From positions 56,770,788 to 56,834,787 of the forward strand of contig CM120640.1 in the NCBI GenBank assembly GCA_051362555.1: a DNA stretch of 64,000 nucleotides, written 5' to 3'. Below, piece by piece: positions 36,401 through 64,000 of the stretch. Position 1 is the first letter of the stretch; the number at the start of each line of letters is the position of its first letter. A program made the translations under genes and the position numbers. The notes below the pieces were generated by a model. It saw only the letters and a program-made list of their open reading frames with translations. It was not told the origin of the DNA and did no database searches. Source of the DNA: Lingula anatina (Eukaryota > Animalia > Brachiopoda).

Positions 36401-39400
36401 AAGGCAGACTACTGACTAAAAGCACAGTTGGTTATTTTCAATTTTGGTGCTTATGTTACCTTCCACCCCTCATCTTTTTGAAACTCTGCTTGCTTGGTGC
36501 TGTCAAGAAACTCATCCATGGAAATCATGGCATCCCTATTCTTATCAATCTCCTTGTAGACATGCTCTCTCATACGTTGCATCTCCTCCTCTCTCTCCAC
36601 CATGTCATCCTCTGGGGCATTGGGATCATAGACTTTGTCTAGCTATAAAGAAATGGTAATAAAACATAACTGTTTCTGTTTGCCTTTATGTCTCCTGACA
36701 AACGATATAACATTTACCAACAACAACAACATGTGACAAAAAAAATGTGTCTTTTTCTTAAAAAAGGATATAAGGCTCTAATCAATTAAGAAATTTATAT
36801 TTTGTGAAGCAGCTAATTCTTTGGGAGATTTTCATGCATTTTATATAGGTTCCTTCCTTCAATAATAATAAAAACAAACAAATGTGGTAGCATTGTGAGT
36901 GTCATAATGATCTGACACAAACAAGATTAACACTGTTTCCCACTTTAATCTAACACAAAAATCACAGTATAATTACCTCCTTTTGAAAAAGGGCCTCCAC
37001 TTCATCAGGTGTCAGCACACCGTCCCCATTAGTGTCTGAAATGTCATCAAAATTGTTTACATAGTTTACAAGTCCTTATTTAGTCTGTTTCCAGCACCAA
37101 GTGAAAACAATCAAAAGAATCTTATGGCCACTGATGTAAATACATCCTTAAGAGATTTTTGATGATTGTGAACAAATTTTTCAATCAAAATGCTGTATCC
37201 GAAGAAAATATCTTAATTTCATTTAATCTGAATGATATCCTTTACCAACTTTTACAATCATCTGCACTGATGCTCTACATGGAGTTCAATGTCCATTTTC
37301 TAATTAATGCTGCTTACTGTTGTAAACATAGTATCCTCAAATCATGTAATAGATATCAACTGCAATTCTGCAAAGCTTGCTTTTCTATAATACAGAAATT
37401 CATCACAGTGCTTTCTAGATTTTAAATTTAAGAGGCTAAAGTCACACAAGTTCATAGCTATGGAACTTTACATATCTTTATAGCTAGACATCAAATTTGT
37501 CAATGAATAATCATTATGAAGATTTTGAAACACTTCATATCCACTGTTAAACCCCAAAGTGTAACATAAATGCATGAATTTTTTTCTGGGCATTAATATC
37601 AAATATTGCCCTACCATGCATGTGGAAAAATGTTGCCGGGTCAAAATCATTTGGATCCATGTGATCCTCTTCTTCCCAAACTTCTTTTAGCTGTTCTTTG
37701 CTACCCTGTCATGACCAAAAAAATAAGAAACTTCATTCCATGAACTAGAATTTTCAAACATTTTTATCTATTTTGTTACTCAATTATGTTTGCAACTAAT
37801 GACTGCAGCACTCTTATTCAGAGAAATGTTAATTTTTCTTACAAATTTCATTCCTTTTTTGAATTATCAATGGTTTACTTTTTGAATTCCCAAAAGGCAT
37901 GAAATGAGATTTCACTTTACAATACTGGTTCTATAAAATATGCCCACTCTTCAGTCAAAAGGCAAACCACCACATATAAAAGCTTGACATATCTAAGTTT
38001 AGTGTCTTACTTGGATTCAAGATTTCCCAAATTGTTACAGTCAATATAATAGCATCTTCTTTATCAGTTCCCAAAAATGCTTTATCACTGGTATTACAAT
38101 TTTAATTCCTTACCGGATGATGTACTTTAGGATGTTCCTTATGTTTCTGTTCCATCTCTTTTATTTTTTGTTCTTCCTTTTTCCTCTCTTCTTCTGGCAT
38201 ATTTTTTAATTTTTCTCTCTCCAAAACTTCTTTCTGTATTTCATATTTCTTGAAATCCTCTTTTCTCTTCTTGTCTGCTTCTTCTAAATCTGTGGTAGCC
38301 TGTGAATGCAATACAAAATGTGTGGTAAATTAATATTTATGGGGACTCAAAGAGACCATTTATAACATTCTTACATTATTCTCCACTGCCATTAGATATC
38401 AGCAATAGCTATTTCAACTTAAAAGCCAAAAGAGAATTGAAAAAATACACAATGCACATGGATATTTATTACTACACAACATACTTCTATGGTTCTTTAC
38501 CTGCTTGATCAACTTGGCAAGATCTTCCACTTCAAAGGTGTGTGGATTTTCATGGTCTAAATGTTTTTTATCATCAAAATTTACCTTGCCAACACCTACA
38601 ACACAATAAAATGACTGAAAGCAGTTTTTAATGTAAGTACAGCACAATTTTACCAAATCTTGCAGTCCCAGACCCTGAAAACAAAATGCACATTAAACAG
38701 GTCACACGCTACATGGCACATTCAGTTTATGTAGGTCAATAAATCGCTTTGACACATGAACTGTTGTGCAATGCTTTGATCTGTTTAGGAAAGAAATGCT
38801 ACGAATAAGATGAACAGCTTGGCAGTATTTAAAGAGGACACGATAAAAATAAAACAAGCATAATGTTAAGTCAGAACTCCATGCATAATAGCATGCAGTT
38901 TCTGATGCACTCTTTAATATGCACACTGTAGCTCTCATGCTGATACCACATAATCCTTAAGAAAGCCACCAGTTATGCAGATGTCTCTTTACTCATGGTT
39001 CTCATTACAGACAAATAAAATTAGTAAAAAACAATAAACCAAAATATTTATTATCTAAAGTAAATTACATGCTTAATCGTAGCCACTTGATTGAACATTT
39101 CAACAATTATAGAACAAAGAAAACATGCCTTTCATTTCAAAAATATATCTGCCAAGAAACAGCTTTACTTAATTCAAGTTCTCTTATGTGACTGATTAGT
39201 AAAACTACTGAACATTCAAACAATAAGGTGTATGACTGGACATGACATATTCATCCGAGAGCACAATTATGCTCTAACTGTTTGCTTTACAAATCTGTTA
39301 GCAGGCCAACAAAAAATTGATATGAACAAAAAAGTTCAAATGAAGAATCAAATTAAACCAAATAAAACTAAACTTATGACTGGAGCTCATCTATATCAAT

Positions 39401-42400
39401 TTATGACCATTCTACGAATGCAAAAAGGATTATAAAATTTGGATTTCTAAATTTTTCTTATTTCATTTGATAAAATTAAGGATTTTACAGTTAGTGATTA
39501 GTTTGCAAGACTATTTTCTGACACAATTAGTAAAAAGTTAGTTTGCAAGACTATTTTCTGACACAATCAGTAAAAAGAGAAGCCAAATTCAATTACATGG
39601 GATAGATATTATCATAAATATATTAAATGGTAGTATATATAGTATAATACGTAGTAAGCACAGTGCATCACTTTTAGAGCTCAATTTTGAAGCTCAAGTC
39701 ATACTCCAGATTAAAAAAGCTTTTACTGTAACAAAGCTGACATGCTTTATTCTGTACATATCAAAATACATCCTAAATTGTTCAGTCATGTTCAATATTT
39801 TATTTGGTGCAAAAGTAAAATAAAGATGAAATTAAAGTAATAACATAAAAAATATAATTCAGTAACAAGATATATAAGGCAGTGAAAAGACAGGTTAACT
39901 AAAAAGAAGATGTCTTTCTAGCAAACCATAAACTTATCATTAATAAACAAAACAATAAATCTTCCTTCCAATAAGCCCATCATACGTTTTCGTGAAAAAT
40001 AAATAAAAAATTAATCATTAAAAGTAATGTTATAGGTTCAACTTAAGTGTGATATGTAATAGAAAAAATCACAGTAAAAATTAGACTAGAAATTCATATA
40101 TTTATATCAAATAAACCATGGCTGATATATAATTTATAAACAACATCTTAAATAGCATCATATATGATCGGCTTAGTGAAGGATAAAGAAATATAAGTAG
40201 GAGATAAAAAGCATACTTAACTGTAGTTACAGGAGGAAAGGCAAGCAACCTAATCTAGACAAAGCAAATTACAGGTGGGTGGTTCACTGTAGCCAGACTG
40301 TGATCTGATGTCAATGTCCGGTCATCACACTGCAATCTTTACACTCTTCACATTGCCCTTCACTGAAGTTTACTGTTACCAATACTTTGTCTCAACTTCA
40401 ATCAAATGACTCAATGGAATAGCATGTAACAGCCATTACACGTGTTAAGTGACTGAATTCTTTTGACATTTCATAAGTTGGAAGATTTGTGAAGACTTTG
40501 TGTCAATAAGAGTTTCAACAATAATACTGAAGTAAATCTCCTTCAGAAAAAGACTACACTCTTTAAAATAGATCTTAACTGCCACTGCTACATGGGATAT
40601 TTTAATTAGTTTTAAGTGCAGTGCAACTTTGAAAGTACTAAGGTACTGGTAGGTACAGTGGACCTTCAATGCCAGGGCTATGTGGGGTTGTGACAAATTA
40701 GGTTCATGCATAGCCTACCTCCATGATAGACAACATTATGCAAGATTTGTTTACCATTCATTTCACGCATGCGCAGACGTTGAGCTTCTTTTAGACGCCC
40801 AATCTCTCGACGTTTGATTTCATCTAATTTAGTACGTACACTGTGATGTACGAAGTCCAGGTGTTTAGCTATTTCACCACTCTGAAAAGAAAATTTACTT
40901 CCTCAGAAATACAACTTGTTTCATTGACATGCGTTAAAATGAAGACACAACAGAGCAAATATCTTTCACACAAAAATATCTAGTAAATCAAGACAAAGTG
41001 GATCTCACAATGTATGAGGAAATGGTTAATTATAATTTGAAGGTTACATTGCAGAGTTAATTTGAATTACAGTTTTGTAAATTACCCTGGTTAAGGAAGG
41101 GCATTAACTATAGAAAAATATGTCAACAAATTTAGGAACCAAAACATTTATATATTTAGTCAAAATAGGTATCTTTGTTTTATCAAAAACTGCGGAAAGT
41201 TTGAAAACATACATGCAGCACCCACAATTAATAAAGAATTCATTGCAAACCCTTCAATCACACATAACTGAATGCTTAACTCACACTAGCATATTGCATA
41301 TTCACCCAAGAATTAAGAACATATGTTGACTGAAGAAAATGAGAAATATTTTAGTAACACACAGATTTTATGAACAATGGGTATTTGGTTAAACAATATG
41401 CTATGTGACCCTAAACCATGTTGCTGTTTTAAAATTCGATCACACCACAGAGTGCAAATATCATATAAAATGTTGAGTTAAAGCCAACACCAGATGTTAA
41501 GAGACAGTATATAGGATTTTGGATATCATGAATATTTCTTTTCTCTTTGCCAATGCCATAAAGGTATGCCACTTCTTTTTACCATTACATTTTCATAATA
41601 AGTGCAGAAAAGTGGTTTTACAAAACATGTTTGTTGGGTAGCTATGAGTTTGAAACTCTACACATAGTGACAGCTGGCTAGTAAAAAGTGTTGATGAGGA
41701 CATCAGGAAAATAATACCAAAATCCTCTATAAGCTCCCTTCATCTTACATGTCTGCTTCTTTGTAAACTCTGAAAATATTTGTTAATTATCTCAAAGCCC
41801 GCACCTCATTAAAACCTCCCTTAGCCTGCACTTCTTCCATTTTCTTTCTAAATTGGTCATCAGTATTTAACACGTCCATTACCTCCAGAAGGTAGGCCTT
41901 ATATGCTAGAGAATCCTAGTAGAAAAAAGAGGGTGTTATGACAGTTTGTGCATGCTCTCTGACACCGTAGATATCAGACATGGATGCATTTTGTGAACAG
42001 GTCAATGTGAGAATGAAAAAAGGGAATATCTTTTTTCATGATAATCCCACATTAGATACACTCTGAACACTGTCTTGATATACATCCATATCTGAGCACA
42101 CCCAATGGATGAAAAACAGATGTTTCCCAAACCTAAATATTACCTTGATTTCAGACACATTGGCACTTTCTAGTCTCTTACGGAAATTTTCATCCTGCTC
42201 AAGGGCATCCACTACCTCTTTCAAGTAACGTTCATATTCTAAATTTTCTGGCTGTAAAATGTGTGTATTATTAATATAAAAAATTTAAGGAATACTTTAA
42301 AAAACAATTATTGCACAAAATGACACCCAAAACTTTATTTAAATCCCATAGACCTAATTCAGTAAAAAAAAATCATGTTGTACACAATTCTTAAAAAATG

Positions 42401-42663
42401 AAAAACTCTAAGCTGGTGATAGTAATTTAAAATCCAAAAATTAAAATCTAAAATGAAAATAAAAATTATTAAAACATTAATTTGACCATACTAAATGGAA
42501 ATGATGTGGATTTCCTAATCATGAAAAAAATTCTCACCAAGGCATCTTCTTCTGGTCCTTCCACTGGTTCCTCTTCTTTTACTTGTTTCTGTACAGGAGG
42601 ACAGACTATAAACTGCACCAGAAGACCAATAACTAATACAGCTAAAAGATTTAAAGACAGCAT
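33444..42663 (-). CDS. NUCB2: Nucleobindin (NUCB1/NUCB2 family; EF-hand Golgi/secreted Ca-binding protein) with a long low-complexity C-terminal tail
   Basis: Exons 42663-42538 (signal peptide), 42251-42144, [alt 41915-41805], 40881-40755, 38674-38654 (microexon), 38595-38501, 38299-38114, 37705-37615, 37035-36977, 36642-36460, 36249-36142, 35756-35703 and 34358-33444. Motifs: LEYERYLKEVVDALEQDENFRKRL, VRTKLDEIKRREIGRL, KVHHPGSKEQLKEVWEEED, and EF-hands DTNGDGVLTPDE and DKNRDAMISMDE. The symbol is nominal, since an invertebrate gene would be co-orthologous to NUCB1 and NUCB2. Confidence 0.9.
33450..33860 (-). repeat. Coding 12-bp repeat encoding QQQA/QQQG/QQQV
   Basis: Reiterated cctgttgttggg / cctgttgctgag units; ORF 33974-33444 is very Q-rich. 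Confidence 0.9.
33985..34345 (-). repeat. Coding minisatellite: 13 units of 27/30 bp encoding (P)PPHPGQFQQ
   Basis: Repeated gttgttgaaactgtcc(t/c)gggtgtgg on the + strand, in frame in the nucleobindin last exon. Confidence 0.9.
39498..39577. repeat. 40-bp tandem duplication in a nucleobindin intron
   Basis: ttagtttgcaagactattttctgacacaat(t/c)agtaaaaag occurs twice in tandem. Confidence 0.85.
41805..41915 (-). CDS. Duplicated alternative exon of nucleobindin (paralog of exon 42251-42144)
   Basis: 111 nt, phase 0-0, with an acceptor (ctcttttttctactag) and a donor (gag|gtgcgg). It reads DSLAYKAYLLEVMDVLNTDDQFRKKMEEVQAKGGFNE versus PENLEYERYLKEVVDALEQDENFRKRLESANVSEIK. Confidence 0.8.
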
Positions 42664-43662
42664 CTGAAACGAAATGAACTATAATGTTACATGCTACCAG
42701 ACATTTTTGTCAACATGACTTTCCTCATGAAGTATCAGCTCATGCCTATATTGTATAACCATATAAAGGTATTCATTTTGTTCAAACTGGTTATTCATTT
42801 TGACATATGTTGTACACGATAGGACTACTTAAAGGCTTTCTGCATAACAATGTCCCTTTGAAAAATGATGATGTGTTCACGACTGCATTATTAGTAAATT
42901 TCCTAAGTATAAACAGCTTTCAACATGCAACAAAGATAATGTTGAGATAGCCAAGAAATTCAAATGAATACCAAGTACCAAACAGAACAAACGGAAAAAC
43001 TAGCTGCTAAATATGCATGTCATATTATTTCTGTTTAGCTTGTTGATATTCTGAAATGTCATATCATGTTTTAGCACTATATCTGCAAGTTTCAACTGTG
43101 CCATATTGGTTATTTCAAGAATCATTACATGATGCAAACATGTGCAAAATGGACTCGCATTCCCACATGAACAGACATACATGTATGTCTATATACATTG
43201 TATCATCGCATAACTGAACCATTTAACAGTCCCAAAAGAGTTATGTAATCATGATAAGCATTCTCAACATGCTTTGTAATCTGAACCATGGAAAACAATT
43301 TTGTGTTCACTTGATATCAGCATCACAATTTCCACTACATACAGAATTTTATATGTCTTGGTTGCGCCACATAAAGGCAAACAACGCAATGAAGTAACTT
43401 CCAATAACATAACAGACATATGGTAAAAGTGATCAAATGCAAAATAGTGTTTACTTTTGTAAAACTGATATAAAACTGTAGTTTACAGAAATTAAATCTC
43501 AACTATTAATGGTTGTGCAATTCAGTATAAAGACCTATCAATAATTCTAAGTAAATTCCAATAATTGAGGCAAAAGTGTCGCCGGCGAAACTGCTTCACG
43601 ACATATGGCGTTGATTACATGTGCTATATCAGAACATGTTTCTATCAGAAAACAATACTCAC

Positions 43663-43971
43663 GGTGCCTTATTGATTTACAGTATCTTCAACTAATTGTA
43701 GAGTATTCTGTTTGACACGTCCGTGCGGTGAATCTATTTAAACTGAGGGTGGAACAAGGAACTTAGTTTACAGCATGACGTGTCCTTTAACGCGGCCTCG
43801 TTTTGTGTGGCTATCAGTGGTAGGTACTTGCTTATCTTTCACCTCTTGCCGTAAACTAGTACTAAGCACGTATCCAGAGGGCAGTTCCACATTACAGAAC
43901 ATTTCTGTCAACATATTAAAGTGTGTGCTTGCTGTACAAGGACCGTGTTAGCAGATATGTTACAGGACAAA
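43663..43971. promoter_or_regulatory. Shared bidirectional promoter and non-coding first exons of nucleobindin (-) and PIK3C2A (+)
   Basis: A minus-strand donor (gtgagt) at 43662 and a plus-strand donor (gtaagt) at 43972 face away from each other ~310 bp apart. The region is locally CpG-richer and has ACGT-core motifs gacacgtc (~43714) and tgacgtgt (~43776). Confidence 0.6.
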
Positions 43972-45142
43972 GTAAGTTAATTTTATTACAGTGGCACAAA
44001 TATTGTGGACATTTCATAATACAAATAAAAAACTTGAAATGTCTGCAGGGAATCGTCCTAGGCAAATGCGTGACACTGAGTGAAGGACTGAAAGTAAAAA
44101 AGATTTAGCAGTGATGAGTTTTGATAAGATCTTAATTCCATTAGTCAGCATAAATTGAATGCAATAAAGGGTCTGGTTACAATATAATTATCTAGTGTAA
44201 TAATTAGATGCAGAGTTGGATCCGACCGAGCATTCGTGGTTCATGTAGACGCGGACACGTATGGAACCGCATTTGATTTTAATGCAATCATCTGATGCCT
44301 TTAAGCCACACAAAACCATCCTCACCTTTATCAAAGTACAAAGAACAGAGTGCTAGAGCATGTTTAATTATTAATTTTTTTTGTGCTGCAATATACTTTT
44401 AGGGTAGCCTAATGCTGGTCTGATGTCTTGAATCCTTTTTACAAGGACTTCTCACTTTAGTGAGGGTTACTACAATTTAAGCAAAAATAATTTAAGTTCC
44501 GGACATAAAGTGGGTCACTAGCTGCCCAATATTTTTCAACTATATGCACCAATATCTTTGATGCATAAGAACAAATTAATTCTACATATCAAAAAACCAT
44601 AAATGGGAGTGCTAATGATTGAAACTTCCTGACCACTAACTCTTGGCTTGCCTGTTTTGGCCCTGTTGTCAGTAAATGCCCAGGACAGTAGCATAATTGA
44701 ATCAAGTCATATTTTACTTAATGAGTCTTGAATCTAACTTTTTGGTGTAATGTTCTGTTGAGCTGGCTGAATTTAAGTTGCCCCTGTATCACATTATTTT
44801 ATTATAAAAAATTGGTTGACTTTTTGTGTATGCGTATGTGTGATTAAAAAAATGAACAGATATTTTTTTCAGAAACGTTTTCTCAGTTAGGGGTGATGAT
44901 TTGAATGACTTCTTATCTATGGGTGTCTTCTTTCCTTTTAGATTTGTCAGTGCAACTAGAAAGGTACAGTTAGCAAACTGCTTTAAAATGAATTGTTTTT
45001 CTTTTTTCACCTAACATGTAAACTTTACATGTTGAATGTCAATATTTTGGTTTGTTCAGTTGAAGTTCTTTTTTCATTATTCCAGACATAGAGATTAGCA
45101 CTGATACAGACAACTGTTAAAGTAAGAAGAGAAAATATAGTC

Positions 45143-60638
<15,496 letters not shown>

Positions 60639-60835
60639 AGAAAAACACTCTTATCATTTGGTTTTAATTTGAGTTTTACTGGGTAGATGGACAGAAGACA
60701 AAACATATACTGGTATATATAATGAGTGGAGGTGGTGATATGATCATCTTGAACTTCCGTGCTTAGAAGCTATTGTATGTCATTCCAAACCATGAAGGAG
60801 AAAGACTGCACCAGAAAATTGAGCCAATGCTTCTC

Positions 60836-61410
60836 TTTTTATGTACAGACACAAATGTGTCTGTACGTAAAGCTGTCACCTGCGTCTTTCATCCCCATAC
60901 ACTTTCAGTGATGTAATGATAAGTGGAAACTTAATGAACTGATGAATATTCATAAAATACAGGTCTAGTTCGAAAGTCAGCGCAATCGGGTCATTTTTCC
61001 AAAAGTTTACTGTTTTATTTCCTTTTTTCAGCATATATGGAACACTGATAACCAACACATTTCAAGGAAAACAGATAGGCCTATTATCTTGAAAATCACT
61101 GAAATGATCAATCTTACTAAAATACAGATCGAGTTCAAAAATCAGCTTGATAGGACCATTTTACAAATTTTTTTTTGCTTTTTTCCAGCATATCTTATCT
61201 ACCATTTTATAGGTAAAATGAAAAGTGTGTAATATTTTGCTTTACAACTTGTAGGACTGATTCATCAGACTAATAAACAGATCAAGTTCAAAAATGATCT
61301 TGATCAGTTCAGTTTTGATGAAGATATGAAGTTTTGTAAGCAATGCAGTTCTTTATGAAATTTCCATTTTTTCCTCCCTTGGGTCATCACAAGCTATATT
61401 CAGCGCTGTT
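60836..61410 (+). mobile_element. Helentron/HINE-like element with three internal tandem units, in the PIK3C2A 3' region
   Basis: It starts ttttt followed by the palindrome atgtacagacaca-aa-tgtgtctgtacgt. Three related units acag(a/g)tc.agttc.aaa.t... lie at ~60958, ~61124 and ~61276. Confidence 0.5.
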
Positions 61411-64000
61411 AAATCACTTGCCTAATTAGGTTTTAAGTGGCCATTAAATGAGATTACATAAAACACACATGTTGAGATTTTCATGGTGTGACCTTAAACT
61501 CCCATAGGTTTAGCTCTCTTTTTGAAAGTCTAAACTAACAGTGTCACATAATTAAGAATTGGTGATAATTATGGAGGTGAATGTTGTCAAATATTGCAAA
61601 TAAGTTTACAAAAGAAAAAACATTGTGTACTGCCAACATTAATGCTACAGATGATGATGAATGATGATTAACCTCAAACTCAATAGGTTTATTCATATCA
61701 TGTTAATACAGCTTGATTAAAAGTTTGAATAGCAGCTTTATTGGCATATTTTAGTTGTTTTCTTTTTTAATTTTTTTATTTTTCAAACACTGGCATTTTC
61801 AAGATGTGACTTTAACTTCCATCCACCTTAAGCTCTGTACAAATAACATTTTCTTTATTTCCACATATGCAGTAATATTGGTGTTTATGCCTTTAAGCAT
61901 TATGTAATATTATTTTATGCACTGTCATCTTTTTTCACATATTGGAATTTTCATTATGTGAATTTGAATTCTCATGGTCCTGAAACTCAATGCTTATTGC
62001 CCATGTTACCTGCTGTTTATGATTAAAATTTGGTGTTGATTGACTGTGCTGTTTTAAGCATTATTTATTATTGCATCAAAATTGACAAAATAACCTATTT
62101 TCTGCATCTTTATTTCTGCTTTTTGTCTGTACATTTGACAGCTTTGCTGCCTTGTTTGATATTTAGGAAAAAACTTCCAGAAACCTATCTTGCCAGAATG
62201 AACATGTACTTGTTACCACAGTACAGTATTTTTGCAACCATACAATGCTCATAGGGTGCACTAACCTGCTAAGTAGACACTGAATCATAGTTATGGTGAG
62301 TGAAAAAGAGATTTGAAGGTCATTTATGTTGAAGGAGATGTTTTCCTTGGCATACAAAGCTGCTCATGCAAGGATTCATTTCTTCCACCGATTTTCTTTT
62401 ATGTGACTGATGTTCAGGGACAAAAATATATTGCTTAATGATAGCTGACTTGAATTCTGGATAATTCTAATTTATTTGTCAATCACAACCAGTTCTCTAA
62501 AATTTAAATTCTCTTTACATGGGTAGTTTGATTTAGAATTATATCTGTCTCATATTTGTATAGAATTTTTACGGTAATTTATTGCTTTGTGGTACTGGAA
62601 TGGTGAAGACAAATTTATATATGTTAGCTTAAATTATATTTTATGTGAAGATTTTAGAATTATACAAAGTGCTTAGTTAAATATTTATTCTGCTCAGTGC
62701 ATTACAGATTGATAGATGTACACTATAATGCATAAGACATAATAATAAGGCATTGTTCAGGTCATATACAAAAAAGAAAAATATATTAATAAATAAATGA
62801 ATTCAACTGGGTTTTTGATTCAGATTTTATTTTATCTATTGCAGATTAAGTCGACATCAATACTAGAAAAGGTCCTTGATGGCCATTTCCTGACACTGAT
62901 TACTTATATTAATTTAATTTAACAGTTGTCAAATGTAATTGTTGACTGGTATGACCGATACACACAATCAAAGTTCATCAGTCTAACATTTAGAGTAAAG
63001 GACCCAACTGATTGTTTTACCCCACTTCGGCCATGGAGGCAGTTATGACCTCATGCTGACTGTAAGAATTGGTAGATCAAAGATCTTAAAACATTTTCGT
63101 CATCCGATTTATTGTAGATCTAGTTGTAAAAATGTGATAACTGGAAAATAAAAATGATTTTATCTTTACGACCAAGGAATATATATATATATATATAACA
63201 TAGCAATGTGTTACTGTCGTATGTCAACCTTGCCTGTTTTTCTTTACATTTTGAAGTTTGCTCTCGCTTCTCTTCTCACTTAAGATTGTCATCTCTTTTA
63301 TTAAATCAAAAACAAAAAGAAAGTAAACATTAAATGAATCAAGTCATGTAAGATAGGAATTGCTTTTTACTATTTTAATAAAAGTGACTGTACATGAAAT
63401 GTGCATTTTATAACTTTGTATTCTAGCATAGAGAAAATTCTTATCAGTTATAAGGTGCATCAAGTATAGGCCAGTTTATACCAAATTTAGGCCCACATGC
63501 CCCATCCCCATTTTCAAGGGAGAAACCGATACCCTTTCTTTTATTACATTAAAAAAATCATTGCAAGGAAAAAAATCGAGTCTGTTACTTTGATCTGCTA
63601 ATTTGAAAATTACATGAAATCCTTTTAAACTAGTAGGATCCAACAAAGATTTTGGATCCCTTTATAACAAACTTCTATGCATAAAACCTGTCACAAGGGC
63701 ACCCACAGAATAAATTACATAGATAAAACGTGAACAATCATAACATTCAACTCAGAACTAGTTTTTTTGCATCCAATTTGTAACAGAAGTAAAGTTTAGT
63801 TTTAAATCAATTCTTTAAAGTTTTTCATGAAGTCAAGTTGATGCTGACTGCTCACCTCATGTCGAAAGCGCCATCTATTATGTATTCAGCTGGTATCGTT
63901 TATGATTACAGGAAGGAGAGAAGAACAGACTGACGGTAAGGAAGAGATTCTTGATTTTTTTTTAATTATAGAAACTTTATATTTCTATAGAAAAGCATGA

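Noticed and set aside
60640-64000. RPS13/SNORD14 expected next to PIK3C2A by analogy with human
   Set aside because: No RPS13 coding sequence or U14 motif is recognisable in this window.

Overview
AT-rich, intron-rich animal genomic DNA from an invertebrate; the repeat families and a DEATH-SEFIR adaptor suggest a lophotrochozoan (inference). Eight spliced protein-coding genes were rebuilt by hand from GT-AG junctions. In order they are: a DEATH+SEFIR CIKS/Act1-like adaptor (+); two divergently oriented small genes for predicted GPI-anchored glycopeptides (CD24/CD52-like architecture, not called as whole genes in the ORF track); COMMD9 (-), head-to-head with an acidic orphan gene carrying a candidate NLS (+); GATD1 (+); a nucleobindin with a tandemly duplicated nesfatin-region exon and a ~300-aa P/H/G/Q/F and Q/A repeat tail (-); and, head-to-head with the nucleobindin, a class II PI3K (PIK3C2A-like, +). 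Intergenic and intronic DNA carries many non-autonomous DNA transposons (Tc1/mariner-, Harbinger-, Kolobok-, hAT-, MuDR- and Helentron-type), two RTE LINE fragments and several long hairpins. No rRNA, tRNA or CRISPR array was seen. All coordinates were read by eye, and no database search was run.
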